This document shows positions 40,159-54,260 of a DNA stretch of 64,000 nt, in pieces. A model generated the notes under the pieces. That model made no database searches. It had not been told where the DNA came from and saw only the letters and a list, made by a program, of their open reading frames with translations. The position numbers and the translations under genes are program-made. This stretch comes from Octopus vulgaris (Eukaryota): the NCBI GenBank assembly GCA_951406725.2, contig OX597815.1:154628001-154692000 (forward strand). Direction: 5' to 3'. Positions within the stretch are counted from its first letter, which is position 1. The number at the start of each line of letters is the position of its first letter.

Positions 40159-42504
40159 GCTATTCACAACCGCTTAAAAATTATTGTTAGGCTGGCTAAC
40201 TGAAAATTTTTAATATTCTGATTCGATAATAGCAGTTTATTAACATAAATAGTATCATCATCCCCGTATTTTGTATTTCATATATTTATTCATGATTTAA
40301 TTAGAATGTATAGCTTACTGTTAGAATACAAATGTGAAATACATTATACCATATCAAAATTTGGAAGTGAGGGAAGATGCGATTTAAAGGTACGAGTCGG
40401 AAGGTTGCGATTGAATTCATTCAAGATATTAGGGCAATAATACATGAAATAATCATGTTGTGTAGTCACAAGACTATCGTAATCTGGTAGCTTGTGACCG
40501 AACATGTTTCAGGTATGACAACGAGACAACGTATTTTTCACTTACCATCTCTCTAATATTTCTAATATTATTTAATCGTCGACTTCTAGGTGTTATCTAT
40601 GGAAAATTTCGCTAATATATTTAGTTGAAGTTCTTAGTTGAATTGAACAGACATTTGTGCAAATAATGTGAGCAGTACATACCAATTGACATAAATCATA
40701 ATTGTATTTTTGTTTGTTTGTAGCTGATTATGTAGGTGAATAATTCAGAATAATTAAGAATTGCAGTGACAAAAATAAATTATTTGTATGTCTTCTATGT
40801 CAAGTAATTTTCTTGGATAAATATAATATAAGCTTCTACATGATAGTATTCAGCAGATTTAAGGAAGAAACAATTAAAGCAAAATTAATTTTTCATTCCT
40901 AATTTCAAAAATAATATATTCTTAAATAACATATTTCATAGAATATTTTATAAAAATTACTTATTTAAACACTTTCATTGATTGACAATGATTATTTTTA
41001 AAAGTGTCTTTGATTTTATGAATTCCTATGTAAGCCCTATATACACAACCACTGGTGACAACTCTATTTTCTGTAATGACAACAATAAATTGTTTAATCA
41101 AAACAATTAATTTCTAACATTAAAAGACCAATTAAGTGAAATAATGTTTGAAGAGAAACAAAACCAATGTCTGTGAGAAATGAATTTAAATTTGCAACGC
41201 GTGTCTCTCTAATCAAGTTCAACGTTATAAATAATATAATTGTTTATAGAATCAGTTTGATGCTACGAAGTTGTGTTTGTCTTGTTTTACGGCTTGTTCT
41301 CCCCAGTCATTGGTAAGGGAGACGAATGCAAGTAATATTGGAACCTGATTACCCATAGCACTAACGAGGTTAGATGGTCAGTTTATGTCACCGCCACTTA
41401 CGGGGTATCATACAAGATCTTTCAGGGAGAATTGAATGTATCTCGTATATTTAACTAAATTCATTTCAACGCTGTTATAAAGTGTTCTCAAGCAGTTTAT
41501 ACTTAATGTTAAATATCTTTTCAAACAGAAGCTCAAAGATTTAGAATTATCTTGAATACTATTACTTTCTTTGTTCTCTGTAGATGCTCTTCGTCACTCG
41601 ATATTCCTCGCAGTAAAACTGGATATTACTACTAATTAACCAAGCATGTGTATTTGTGTTTAGGTAGTTGCTTAATTATTGTAATACAATATTAATATTG
41701 CTTTTACTGCTATCATCTTTCCGTCGTATATTCGTGAACGTCTCTTACTATTGCGTTTCTATTATTGATATGAATACTGTGATTTATCCTGACATTCAGA
41801 ATTTCTACGACACATATGTATTTAATATCTCTCGCGATATACTCTTTCCATCTGGGGCCAATAAAACGTAGACATTTTACCCCTTTGAAACAAGAGTACG
41901 TGATTTGGTTTGCAGTCGTGATATTTATTTTCAAATATTGCAGACACAGTGCTGATACAAACAAGAAATGGCAATGGCATTTATTTTGTAAGCATTTGTC
42001 TATTCTTCTGTACCATGATACGTTATAAGCATCAAATAAATTTTAATTCCATCTAAGAGATGGAAAAATGTTTCCATAATTTATAACAGTCTATAAACAG
42101 ACTTAACACTAAATTAATATCCACGTGCTAATCAATGGAAAACTATTAAAAGAAAGTACAGAATTATATTTTAATTAGTAATAACCAAAATTATATCATG
42201 TGTTTACTGAGTTGAGAAATTAGTTATGTAAGCTCTAAGCAACAATTCTATACATTCCATGAATTCCACAATACATTATACAGTGATGTGACTGATTTTA
42301 TCATCACAATCATCTGTTCAGGTCACCTACTATTTCAAATTCGAATGACTATTCAAACAGATGGGCCTTGTGAGAGACTTCAGAATATAGTTTATACGTT
42401 ATAGTTATTTAAAGTGTTTTTAGTCATTCATATATCCCACGACTGTCATATTAGAAATCTTTTTGTTATGCATTCCTACGTAGTTACGTATCTACCAAAG
42501 TATG

Positions 42505-42611
42505 TATCTACCTGCCTGCCTGCCTACCTACCTACCTACCTACCAACCTACCTACCAACCTACCTACATACATACCTACCTACCTACCTACCTACCTACC
42601 TACGTATCTAC

Positions 42612-42659
<48 letters not shown>

Positions 42660-42660
42660 T
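42505..42660. repeat. (CCTA)n/(TCTA)n microsatellite
   Basis: Direct inspection. Confidence 0.95.
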
Positions 42661-44533
42661 CATCATTATATTATTTGCTATACGTATACACTTCGTTCAA
42701 TATTTTTAAATTTGTTTTAATACAGTTTTATTATTTTATTAGATAAAATGTTTATCCGAATACAACTATGAAAGAAAACTTTTTTATAGATAGATCGGAG
42801 CTCATTCAGGCAAAGAAACATTAAGTAGCTGTTGAAAGTGCAAAATGTATCAAACGAAGGAAATTAAAACTGTGCTTTTCTTGAAACTATCATGGATTTC
42901 AATTTTAAAACAACAGAGTTAAGTGTTATTGTAAATATGTTAACATAGATTTCTGTCGGTGACAGTATCATAGAAACAAAGCTTCTTCGACAGAGTATTA
43001 GGTGGTCCTTAAATAAACGAGGACACCAGCCTACATTCTATTTTTGATGACGCAGTGTATCTATTTCAGTTACCTTGCTGCACACATACTGCAACGAAAA
43101 ACCATAATTTTAATAGCTACGATTTCTTTTTCAAATGAATAAACTGAGCAGGGCAGGTATTAATGAATATAACTGATTAAGCTGTGTACAATTATTGTCT
43201 CCGTTAAATCTACTCTCTGAATATGAAGAAAAATGTTGCTGATTCAAACACCTCTGTAATTATAACTAAATATAGCCTTGCAAATTGAAGAAATCAATTT
43301 TAAGTGCTTGTGCATGCGATCTAAAAGTTAGATTCTAAATGAAATTTTGTAAGATGGCAACAAATTTATTTTTCACACGAGGCAAAAGTCAACAAAAAAA
43401 TGTTAGTGTGCTATGTATGGTTCAATCACAGTTATATTCAGGTGCTTGAGTCAGAAGTCAGAAGCACAGAAAGAATTGGTTTCACAAACACTAAATTATC
43501 CTTAATCTTCCAGCTTAAAAGAAAAATCTCTGGTAACATCCAACTATGCACAAGATACTCTCAGAGCCAGTTAGTATTTACGTACGTTATAAAACGGATT
43601 GTGCTAAACCAGATATCACTTATAGCTATTAATGGTTATAAAGAAATAAAAATAAAAGAAAGAAATGACAATAAAACAAAACTAAATGCCAGACATATTT
43701 TCTTTTTAAATCAATGAATAGAAAAAAATAAACAAAGAAGCATAACTTTGTACGCTAAGATGTTTATGTAGATTTACTGTGAACAGATGAAAAATTTCCT
43801 AAGAGAATTCTCTATTATACGAAAGTGAATGTCGATGTATGATTATTAATCTATTTACATATCACTGTTTGCACTTTAAAAATATATTTGTTATTTTATA
43901 ATTTTCGTTGCAACAGTTACTATGTTGAACGGTTTTTGTGTTGCAGGATTGATTCAGCTGTAAACTAACTTATTTTCTGAAGGAGATGCTATCAGTCCAA
44001 TCAGTACCTCTCCGTTCTCAAGCTATAATTAAAAGATGATGTATCAGGGTTCTTCCTTTAAAATCCTAAAATGGATATTTCGTTTCAGCGGCAATCCTAT
44101 GCAGCTTTTTACTGGGAAATTTGATGGAATATGCATGTCTGTATTAGATAAAATTACATGCATACTGGGTGAGAGCTGGTTTTACAGACCGGAGTGAGTT
44201 CATGGGTTTCTATCAACTTAAACTGAGGTCGGTTTAGTTTGAATCTTTCGAACTCTATATAGGACATAGAGAGAGTTCGGCATCTTATTGTAGATGATAT
44301 AGAAAATAACTCATAAATATCTTTTTTACGTTTTTTTGTGTAATATTTCATTTACAACTTTTACTAAAAACATTTTATATCATATTTTGTACAGTAAATA
44401 TCAACTCAAAATCAATAATATGCAAAATAAAACACCTAATTTGATTTGTACGCATATTTGAACATGAAATAACATCTAACATAACACTATGATAAATACA
44501 ATATTTTGTGTGTGCAAATGTGTGTATGGGCGT

Positions 44534-44568
<35 letters not shown>

Positions 44569-44734
44569 CACGAACAGAAAATTCGGGGGATGGGATAAGT
44601 CCTTTACATAGACCCCAGAGCACAAATTGTACTCTCGACACCAAAAAGATGAAAGACAAGGACGACCCCGGCGGCATTTAAAAGAAATTCCCGCAATCAT
44701 TTTGTTCGCCACTGTAAATATTCTGACTATACTC

Positions 44735-44945
44735 TTTTCTACTCTAGGTACAAGACCTAAAATTGTGGGGGAGGGGGCCAGTCGATTAGATCGACACCAG
44801 TGCACAACTGGTACTTAATTTATCGACACCAAAAGGATGAAAGACAAAGTTGGCCTCACATGAATTTGAACTCAGAACATAAAGACAGAAGAAATACTGC
44901 TAAGCATTTCGCCCGGCGTGCTAACATTTCTGCCAGTTCGCTGCC
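44735..44945 (-). mobile_element. SINE family B
   Basis: ggtacttaatttatcgac...aaaggatgaaagacaaagtt...aatttgaactcagaac...tctgccagttcgctgcc. Confidence 0.88.
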
Positions 44946-45095
44946 TTACGTGTGCATATATTAAAATAAATAGGACATAAAGGGTACGCTGAATTCACCA
45001 GAGAAATTAAAAGTATCTGTTGCCTTATATTCTTCTAATAACTCTTATTCATCAGTGTGTTATGATGACGTTTTAACATTAAGTGCTATATGTAA

Positions 45096-45310
45096 GGCGT
45101 TGATCTGGCAGAATAATCTGCATACCGGATAAGATGCTTGGCGGCAATTCGTTCATATTTACCTTCGGTGTTCAAATTCCGCCGGGGTTGACTTTACCTT
45201 TCATCATTTTGGGATCCATAAGATAAGCACTAGCTAAACGCTAGGGTCGATGTAATCAACTGGCTCCTTTCCCTAAATTGCTAGTCCTCTGCCAAAATTC
45301 GAAATCAATA
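45096..45310 (+). mobile_element. SINE family B
   Basis: ggcgttgatctggcagaa...gttcaaattccgccggggttgactttacctttcatc. Confidence 0.85.
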
Positions 45311-45327
45311 TTAATTACTAGACGTAA

Positions 45328-45505
45328 GGCGGTGGGCTTGCGGAATAGTTAGCATGCTGGGCAAGATGCTTGGCGGCATTTCGTTCATATTTATTTTCTG
45401 AGTACAAATTTCGCCAAGGTCAACTTCACCTTTTATACTTTTGAGGTCGATAAAATGATACCAGTTGAGCACTGGGGTCAGTATAATCGACCCTCTCCCT
45501 CTACC
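45328..45505 (+). mobile_element. SINE family B
   Basis: ggcggtgggcttgcggaatagttagcatg...gaggtcgataaaatgataccagttgagcactggggtc. Confidence 0.85.
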
Positions 45506-45549
45506 GAATTATTATATCCATCCTTGTCTGTGTTCGATAAATTCATATA

Positions 45550-47100
45550 TTTTCAACTACTAGGTACACCCCGCTCCATTTTCTGAGTTGTAAGTAGAAA
45601 TGTCATTTGTGATGTGGAATGGTGCTTCTACCTAACTTTATTTAATGAAGAACTTTTCAGTGTTTCTGGTATGACTCTAAAGTTTCGTCTCTTTTACTGC
45701 GCAACATTTGTTTTCCTTTTGATTGGTGGTGTTTGTGTTTTGCATATATAATATAAGTTGTGTTGTGTTAAAATGTCGGGATATGTTTGTGTAGACTATA
45801 TGCTATAGGAAATATATAGGATATTATAAGCACGATTATGTGGAATTTGTACTCTGTTATTATATTGATAATAGCTGCAGAAAGTATGCGTTACACGGGG
45901 TTGTGTTACGATTATAATACATGAGTTACGCTGCTAAAATGAATTTGGCTTGTGCAAAGAGAGGACATCACTTCCTAAACTATTGTTGAATTATACATAA
46001 AATTGTAAGCCCCAGTAAAGTATTTATGTTGTATGCTCGCCTGTATTATGATAAATACTTTGGTTATTATTGGTAGAGGTTTAATCTTTTATACCCAAGA
46101 GCCTGCTTAACTCTATTTCAATGCTCTCATAATTTCATAGTTATTGATACGTTTGAGGCTTTCGATAATAATTATGCTGTTTTGTTTATTAAATTACATA
46201 GGTTTTCTTTTCTTTCTCTGATTATGATATATGTACTGCTCGCTTTGACCTCCATGCCGCATTCTTCAAGTACGACCAAAATTATCGTTGTCTATCATAA
46301 ATATTTTGTTTATGACATACTATAATGCTTTTACTAAACCGAAGATTTTATATCAAAGTGTCGACTTATTGAGCAATGATCATACCTATATATTTTGTAA
46401 TTTGTTAACTCTATCTCTATGTGGATTAGACTACAAAAACGGTGTAGTTTGTTTTTACATATTGTACAACTTTTCCATACAAGTGAGATCTTCTGTTTCT
46501 GTTCTTAGTATATAGCTTTTAAATTTTAGCTTTTGAGGCTAGCCGTTTACACGCTGATGACTGATTTCCTTTCTGTCGGATATTGCAGGATGTTGGCTAC
46601 AGAGTGATTGAGTGTATCCATTTTCCTTAAGTATCCTTATGAATTCTATTTTGATTTAATATCCTTAGTTCAGCTGATAGGTATTTTTTCCTGTTCTTCA
46701 CCTAGTTGCTGCCCCTTGCAAGCAATATAAAGTTATTCGTATATAGAGGATTTTAATGCATTTGTATGTACTTGATGGAGTTAGTCAACAAATTTATTAG
46801 TGAATCAAGGAAAATCAATGTGGTGAAGAGGCAAGTAATCCCTCCAAAAATGTTACAATTGTAATATGCTGTTTTGTAATAAAATTTTCCGGCAAAGATA
46901 CGCGTGCAATACTTACGTAATACTGTATTTTCATTGTTCATATGCGGTTTATCAAATACTTAGAAGTTTGGTACTTTTATCAAATGCACTTTACACAATA
47001 GTTACCATGGTTACCATTACCAAATTTTTAAATATACACCCCGTTTCGAAACTCCTTATCTTCTAGTGGCATTACTTTTATTGCCATTCTGCTGAACCTT
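45550..47100 (-). mobile_element. Possible very old Penelope-like RT/GIY-YIG remnant
   Basis: Only faint minus-strand peptide echoes (e.g. ITCLFTTL, cf. DFxxLFTxL); not verifiable by eye. Confidence 0.25.
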
Positions 47101-47659
47101 CAGTCGGTTAGAGTGTAATAACACAAGCTTTAGGTTTGGAACGCTCTTGGCATTGAAAAAAGATCAAATTTCCCTATGAAATACGAACTACTACTTATAA
47201 ATTCACAGCTTCATTCTTCGAGGAATTAATAAATATACAAATGTTAACAGCTGCGTGTTATCATATCAAAAATTAATATTGATTCCGAAAACAAAAAGCG
47301 TCTACTAAAAAGGATACATACATCTTTAACTTGTATTACTAAATCTCTTCGTAGTCATGTAGTTGTTGGAGCCTTTTTGTTATGTTATTGTACATTTCTT
47401 CCACATCATCTTTATCTTTAGATTGATTTGAATATTTTAGTTTCATGCTTTAATTTTTATTCATTTTGATGTCTCAATTAGGGTTATACTTTGAATGATA
47501 TTTCTGTAAAAGTATTTGGTTATTTGGTGCCTGTTTGAAATATCTTAGTCTCCTGAAATATTCGCTGCATTTACCTTTTTTATGCTACATATTCTTTAAG
47601 GGCTCGATTTATTTAAGCCTTTTTACGACTTCCAGGATAACTTCCTATATCGATGTTAA

Positions 47660-47850
47660 TTCTTCTTCCTCTTCTTCTTCTTCTTCATCTTTTTCTTCTT
47701 CTTCTTCTTCTTCTTCTTCTTCTTCTTCTTCTTCTTCTTCTTCTTCTTCTTCTTCTTCTTCTTCTTCTATCACCATCTTATCATCATCATCATCGTCATC
47801 ATCATCATTAGTATTGTTATTATTATTATTATTAATATTATTATTAATGT
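47660..47850. repeat. (TTC)n/(TCA)n/(TTA)n microsatellite
   Basis: Direct inspection. Confidence 0.95.
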
Positions 47851-49149
47851 TTTCCACTGTTCGTTGCTGTGGAGAACCCTCTTATATTGTGATAAGCTTA
47901 CTTTCTCTGTAGACTACCATGGCAAATGAATAAAATAGATTATACGTAACCGGTAATTTTATTTGCTTCCACGAAAAGAATATCATGTAAAGTTTAGCTA
48001 TATTTAAATATTTCTTTTCATGAATCTGCTGTTATTTGTGCCTTGCGAAGACAAATGTTGTTTGTCTTTGATCTTCGCTGATTCAATTTGTTACACTCAA
48101 TCGTATCTCCTGTATAGTTGTTGGATGAATATGCTATAATATGCACTTTTACTGTATTTATCATCACATGTCGGCCTTATGGTAAATATTGTAGCAGGCC
48201 TGGCGATTTGAATATACAAGTATATGACATTCTCCCTTTGAAATTTAGTTCATTTTTTCTGGTCTTTTATATTTACTTAAAACCTTGTTCTTCATTGTGT
48301 TGTTAGATCTATACAACTTAGATTGTATTCGCACTTCATTTACATTTGGTGTCGGATCCTATGTTATTATTTTCATCCTGTTGTACAGACGGATATGTTT
48401 TGTGTGTGATGAATTCTGATTCAATGCAGTTAGCCTTTAGTTGTTGAAATAATATATTCAGTATCTGCGTTGTTCCATTTCTCGCCCAGAGGTTTTTAAT
48501 CGTGTATTATCAATGTGAACTGCTTATGATCGCTAATCCAATTAGTTTACATCCCGGTCTTTTCTTTTCCATAACTCTTATATCGCCTCTAGCGTGGTGT
48601 GTGTGCATGTGTATGTATGTGTGCGTGTGTGTAATCGCGCACCCATGTATGTGCTGGATAGAGCATGAATGTATAACAGATTTATTTTCATGAGTATATA
48701 CTTGTAGGTTTAGGTCTTTGTGGGAAACACTAGTACGAGTCCCTTTTGATGGCAATTAATGTTTAGAGAGAATATCACTTCTGATGCGCTTTAACTACGA
48801 AGAATTATTGTTATGATCTGATGAATATTATTATTATCAACTGGACATATTCTATTTGTTGTAAATAGCCTATGTACATTTTGTTTTATTGTTTATGGTT
48901 GTACATTAGACTTCTTTTAAAAGATTAATAACTTGTACCTATTAGGGAATCTATTAGTTATCTCTATCTCCATAGTGTGTAAATTTTGTGCTGAATTGAA
49001 TATCTCTCATTGGATTTACTTTTGCGTTTTGAAAGTCCTTCAATTGTTGTTCTATGTTGGGCAGTCTATGTTATTATAACTCTAATTGTTTCATGCGATC
49101 TTCGACATCAGAAGTATCATTCCTGAGAAATGTCCTATATTGTCGTTTC

Positions 49150-49554
49150 TTTACCCTTTTACTTGTTTCAGTCATTTGACAGCGGCCATGCTGGAGCACC
49201 GTCTTTAATCGAGCAACTCGATCCCGGGACTTATTCTTTTGTAAGCCCAGTACTTATTCTATCGGTCTCTTTTGCCGAAACGCTAAGTAACGGGGACATA
49301 AACACGCCAGCATCGGTTGTCAAGCAATGCTAGGAGGACAAACACAGACACACAAGCACACACATGCATATATATATATATACATATATACGACGGGATT
49401 CTTTTCAGTTTCCGTCTACCAAATCCACTCACAAGGCTTTGATCGACCTTAGGCTATAGTTGAAGACACTTGCCGAAGGTGCCACGCAGTGGAACTAAAC
49501 TGGGAACCATGTGGATGGTAAACAAGCTACTTACCACACAGCCACTCCTGCGCC
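49150..49554 (-). mobile_element. Full-length SINE family A
   Basis: Complete reverse complement from ggcgcaggagtggctgtgtggtaagtagc (49554) to the caaatgactgaaacaagtaaaag tail. Confidence 0.92.
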
Positions 49555-49629
49555 TTTTTGTTTGGCTTTGTTGGAGAGTTATTTTAGAGCCTTGTATATT
49601 AGTTCTATTTTTTATTTGTGCGCCCTTTT

Positions 49630-49885
49630 AAAACCAAGCCAAACTCATAGGCCCGGTTTCCTGGTTTCCATGACGTATGTGTTCTTCCCAGCTGGATGGG
49701 ACGCCAGTCCAGCGCAGCGTTACTCAAGAAACAGGAAGAAAGAGTGAGAGAAAGTTGGGGCGAAAGAGTACAACAAGGGTCGCCACCACCCCCTGTCATA
49801 GCCTTGTGGAGCTTTAGGTGTTTTCGCTCAATAAACACACACAACACTCGGTCTGGGAATCGAAACTGCGATCCTCCGACCGCTC
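49630..49885 (-). mobile_element. SINE family C (tRNA head, V-SINE-like centre)
   Basis: Minus strand shows B-box-like gtttcgattccc, ttgagcgaaaacacc and ggactggcgtcccatccag; related to 59762-59985. Confidence 0.7.
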
Positions 49886-50949
49886 AATAGTCTATTGAGC
49901 TGAAAGTGCATTGTTTAGGATCTGGACTGCATTAAGCAGAACAATACGAGTGCAATTGTAAACCACAGTAGGGTATTTATTTTTTTCATGCTTCTATGTC
50001 TGTAACATTAGAAAATGCTCCAATTATATTTACTTCTGTTTGTAATTTCATATACCCTGTCCTGTTAATTTGTATTTTATTGTCATTTTATTTATAGTTT
50101 CTCAAACTATTCAGTGTAATGTTTTTGGTTAGAAGCGATCTATATAACTACCCAAGTACAGAACGTCCCACGCGATCATATCTGGATGGTTTGGTTTGAC
50201 ATTCTTGTCAGCCAGCCACGACTGATGTATCGCAGGATTTTCTTTGTTACCCTCTTTAATATTAGGTTATACCGCACTTACATTCTCAGGCCGAAGGTTG
50301 CACAGTCTTCATCCTTTATGTTAATTCTTGTAGATTATTGAACAAACTACGATACTATTTTCTCTCCACCATTTCGTTAATGTATTTCGGAATCTTAATT
50401 TTCTTTTTCATTCTGTTTAATTTATTTTGCCATCTTTTGTCTGTGTCCTGTACTTAGCTATTAATTTCTAATTTGTTAGCTGAATTGTAATTTACCGTCT
50501 AGTTTGTATTTATAATATTATTACTACAATAATGTTGTCAAAATATTACCAAGAAATACTAAATATATGAAAAATGATAACACTGCAATGTAAATCCATA
50601 GAATGCTGCACAGATAAATTTGAAATCTTATAAACATCGGAGAAAGTGTCTAGATTGAATATTGTTACAATGGTATTGCTAGAAGATCGTTAAGACGAAA
50701 TTCTCTCAAAAACAAAATTGTTATCTGAACGATTATTTAAAAAGAATAATTTAAAAGATATGTTTACAATTCCAATGTTGTTAGTGTTTTTTTTAAGAAT
50801 AGCTGTAAACTTTTCACAAGGATGTGGAGACTTTCCAGTGTTAAGTTGGATTTTACAGCTGTTGTCAAAAAAATATTTCAATTAGTTGCATAGCTAGCCC
50901 GGTCCCTTTGATTATATCTAAGTCTTTTCAAGTATCTAAGCAATTTTTA

Positions 50950-52480
50950 AATTTTTCTATTAAGCCTATGTCATACAAGGTTCTCAATAGGTGTATAAGA
51001 AAGAACTTTTCCTGCCCATCTCATTTGTAAATACTGCTACTGATAAGATTGACCCGATGTGTATCCAATTAGAACATCTGTAAGGCTGGTAGAATAAGCA
51101 CAGTTAAGGAGAGAATTTCTGAAGAGTGCAGCTATGCCGTAAAATATATTAGGCAAAATTACTTGCAAGAGGAGAGGAATTAGATGCATTGAATTGAATT
51201 TGTTGGCGGGGGATTAAGTTCATTGAAGCATCGAAATCAAAGATACTGTCACAGTAATAAAAGAGGTAGAGAAGATACACGTTAGGGACATATTTTCCGC
51301 TGTGTTGTAGCTTTTTCTTTACCAATCAGATAGATGAACAGAATATTTCACACTCTATAATGTTTGTAGTGCTAAGGTAAAGGAGGTTTGGATCTAATAG
51401 CATATGACTATACTCTGCCAATTTTGCGGAAATGCGGGGAAGAAGATATAGTATATAAAATTGAAAAATAAAGTTGAAAGATCTATCTTCGCTTAGGGAA
51501 ATAGATACAAAGATAAGTTTTGCGAAAAAGAAAAAAAAACAGTAATCACTTACAATATATAATGATATTTGTAAAGAAGACATTTCTGTAGCAGAAATTA
51601 TGACTTAAGCTAATAATATCACCAACGTGATGTAATAGCCTCTTGCATGAAAATAAGCTACTGGAAACAAATACCAGCATATTTTACATAGATAGGCAGT
51701 AAAAGAGCACTGGTTGGTACACAAACATCGAAAGAAATTCGAACATATATTGACAAAATATGGCTACGAAAACTTAAAATTGTAATTGAAGACTATAATT
51801 AACACCAGGTACTAAAATCAGAGGAATAGAGTAGAACCAGAACGCGCAATTTGAAGTTGTTAAAACCGTTGAATTATAATAGAGAGATATGTAGGAAAGA
51901 AGTTAGTAAAGAATGTTACTAAGCAGGCAGATTATTTTTACAAACTGAAACCTATACAATACATAAACGAGTTAAGTCATCCATTATATAAATCTGTTAC
52001 TATTGTCATTAGATATTTTTTTTATTAAATATTACTTTCGGCATAATAAATCGGAAGTTAGATACAGTGCAGAAATGCAGAGATTATATAGTAAAAATTA
52101 ACGAACAGCTTACTGCGTTGCAAAGTCTTAATCCGATACAAATAGCTAATACTTACAGAGCACACAAGGGCAACAGACTCTGACACAGATACATACTAAT
52201 ATTACTTAGTAACGATAGAGAGTCTTGATAAATATTTAGATAGAAGCAGAAAGTAATATTTGTTGTACTATGGGAGCGCAAAGCAAATTAAATATAAAGA
52301 ATTGTTTTCTCTGCATAAGAATTGTTTTCTCTGCAAATACAAAAGCATTTTAGATAAATAGTAAGAAGCAAAACGGATTTTCAAAATTGAGCTTCAAATA
52401 TACTTCAGAAAAGAAAAGTGGACAACCAAATCACTCAACTGGAAATGTCCTGAAATAGTCTACCAGAAGAAAGTAGGTTA
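50950..52480 (+). mobile_element. Possible decayed R4-like LINE remnant
   Basis: Weak peptide echoes only. Confidence 0.2.
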
Positions 52481-54014
52481 TCATGATACTCAACATTAAT
52501 TCAAAAACCATTAATGAAACACAAACAAAGGTTTTACTTTAACCACACAAAAAGAAAAATATATAAAACAAGATAATGAGAATGAAATGAAAAGTTAATA
52601 CCAACTCCTGACTATTCAATCAACCCATAGCATAAAACGCCAGGTCATCTCATTTGTCAGTCCCTGATACTGCAATATTGGCAGCTATGCTCATTGACCA
52701 TTCGTTGACCCGTCGAGATTAACACTGAGACGAAGTGCTACTAGCATGTTTCAAACTTAATATAAGAGATAACAGAACTGGCATAATATATGCCTGTGAT
52801 GGCTGACAAGGATCTCTGAATGAACAAGCTAAAGACAAGGATTTTTGAAGGCAATGGCTAAATATCGTGATGAAAGAGGAAATTGACATCTTTGGGGCTT
52901 GATTCTCATCTCGTTATTTTTCAGGTCATAAGGGTTTTCACGTAGACGTTGGACATGAGAGTTGAAACAGTACTGATAATATTCTGCCAACTTTGGATAA
53001 TAAAAAAACATGAAGATACATAAACACCATGCCAGCTCACATACAACTTCATATACAAGTACCGCCTAAAATTTAATTCCGTCAGTATGACACACATTTT
53101 GCTAAAGCTATTTTCAATTCAATAGCAAAACTTACACAGCAAACTCACTATACGGCGTGCGCGGATAATACTTTAACCTGATCTTCATAGCATTGAAATA
53201 CAGTCATTGCGGCCGTTACATCCTTGTTAGACCTGCGAAAATGTCTTCACAGCAAATCCTTAAAAAAAGAAGAACAATTTAATGGTTGAATTATAAAATC
53301 ATGAAGATGGTCATAGCCGGTTCAATTTTATTACAGATTTCATCAATCAGGGCTGATCTACGTCTGAGAAACTCCCAAAACACAACTAACACATAGTTTA
53401 TAAACGATCTCCTTCGAATTAAGCAATATCTCAACTGGTTCTACACGACTGGCAATAGGTGCTTTAACATATCAAACACAATACAATTTAAAACCCATTA
53501 GAACTACACAATTCATAAAAAATGTAACAAACAGCTGAAACAAATAATTATACCAGAAGTAACCAAATAAATCCCACAGTTGTAAGATATAACACCAACG
53601 GAGATTCCCAAAAGACTACACTAGATGTGATGGTGACGCAGAAGCTCGAATAGAAACTGACGAAACATAACAATCATTGTATTTAGACTCAAAACCGGCA
53701 ATTTTGATGGAGGGTGTTAATCAAATTTACCAACTTCTGGAATTCATTGGTATTTATTTATCCCGAAACATAAAAGGCAAGCTGAATTCGGTGTGATTTG
53801 ATAAGGTGGCGGTGCAACTATCGCTCTTTGTAATAATTTCTAATTTAGAAATAAAAAAAGATCTCAAAAGATTTTGAGAAGAGGTGTTATTGCATTATCT
53901 CGACGGTAGTACTTCACTGATACTTTACTATAGCAATCCCGAGAAGATGAAAGGTAATTTAGGTGTGTATGTCTTACATACGCCCTTATCTTTTACATCT
54001 CTTTCTCCTGCTAA

Positions 54015-54028
54015 CTCTCTCTCTCTCG

Positions 54029-54083
<55 letters not shown>

Positions 54084-54178
54084 CACATATATATATACAT
54101 ATATATATACATACATATATACATACATATATATAATATATATATATACATACATATATATGTATATATATATATACT

Positions 54179-54234
<56 letters not shown>

Positions 54235-54260
54235 TATATAAATATGTATATACACATATA
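54015..54260. repeat. (TC)n/(TA)n microsatellite
   Basis: Direct inspection. Confidence 0.95.

Noticed and set aside
41560-42030. Candidate host exons after polypyrimidine-AG acceptors
   Set aside because: The frames examined stop quickly, and there is no recognisable protein or consistent exon chain.
46545-46600. CTGATGA motif
   Set aside because: No GAAA and no stem I or III; probably chance.
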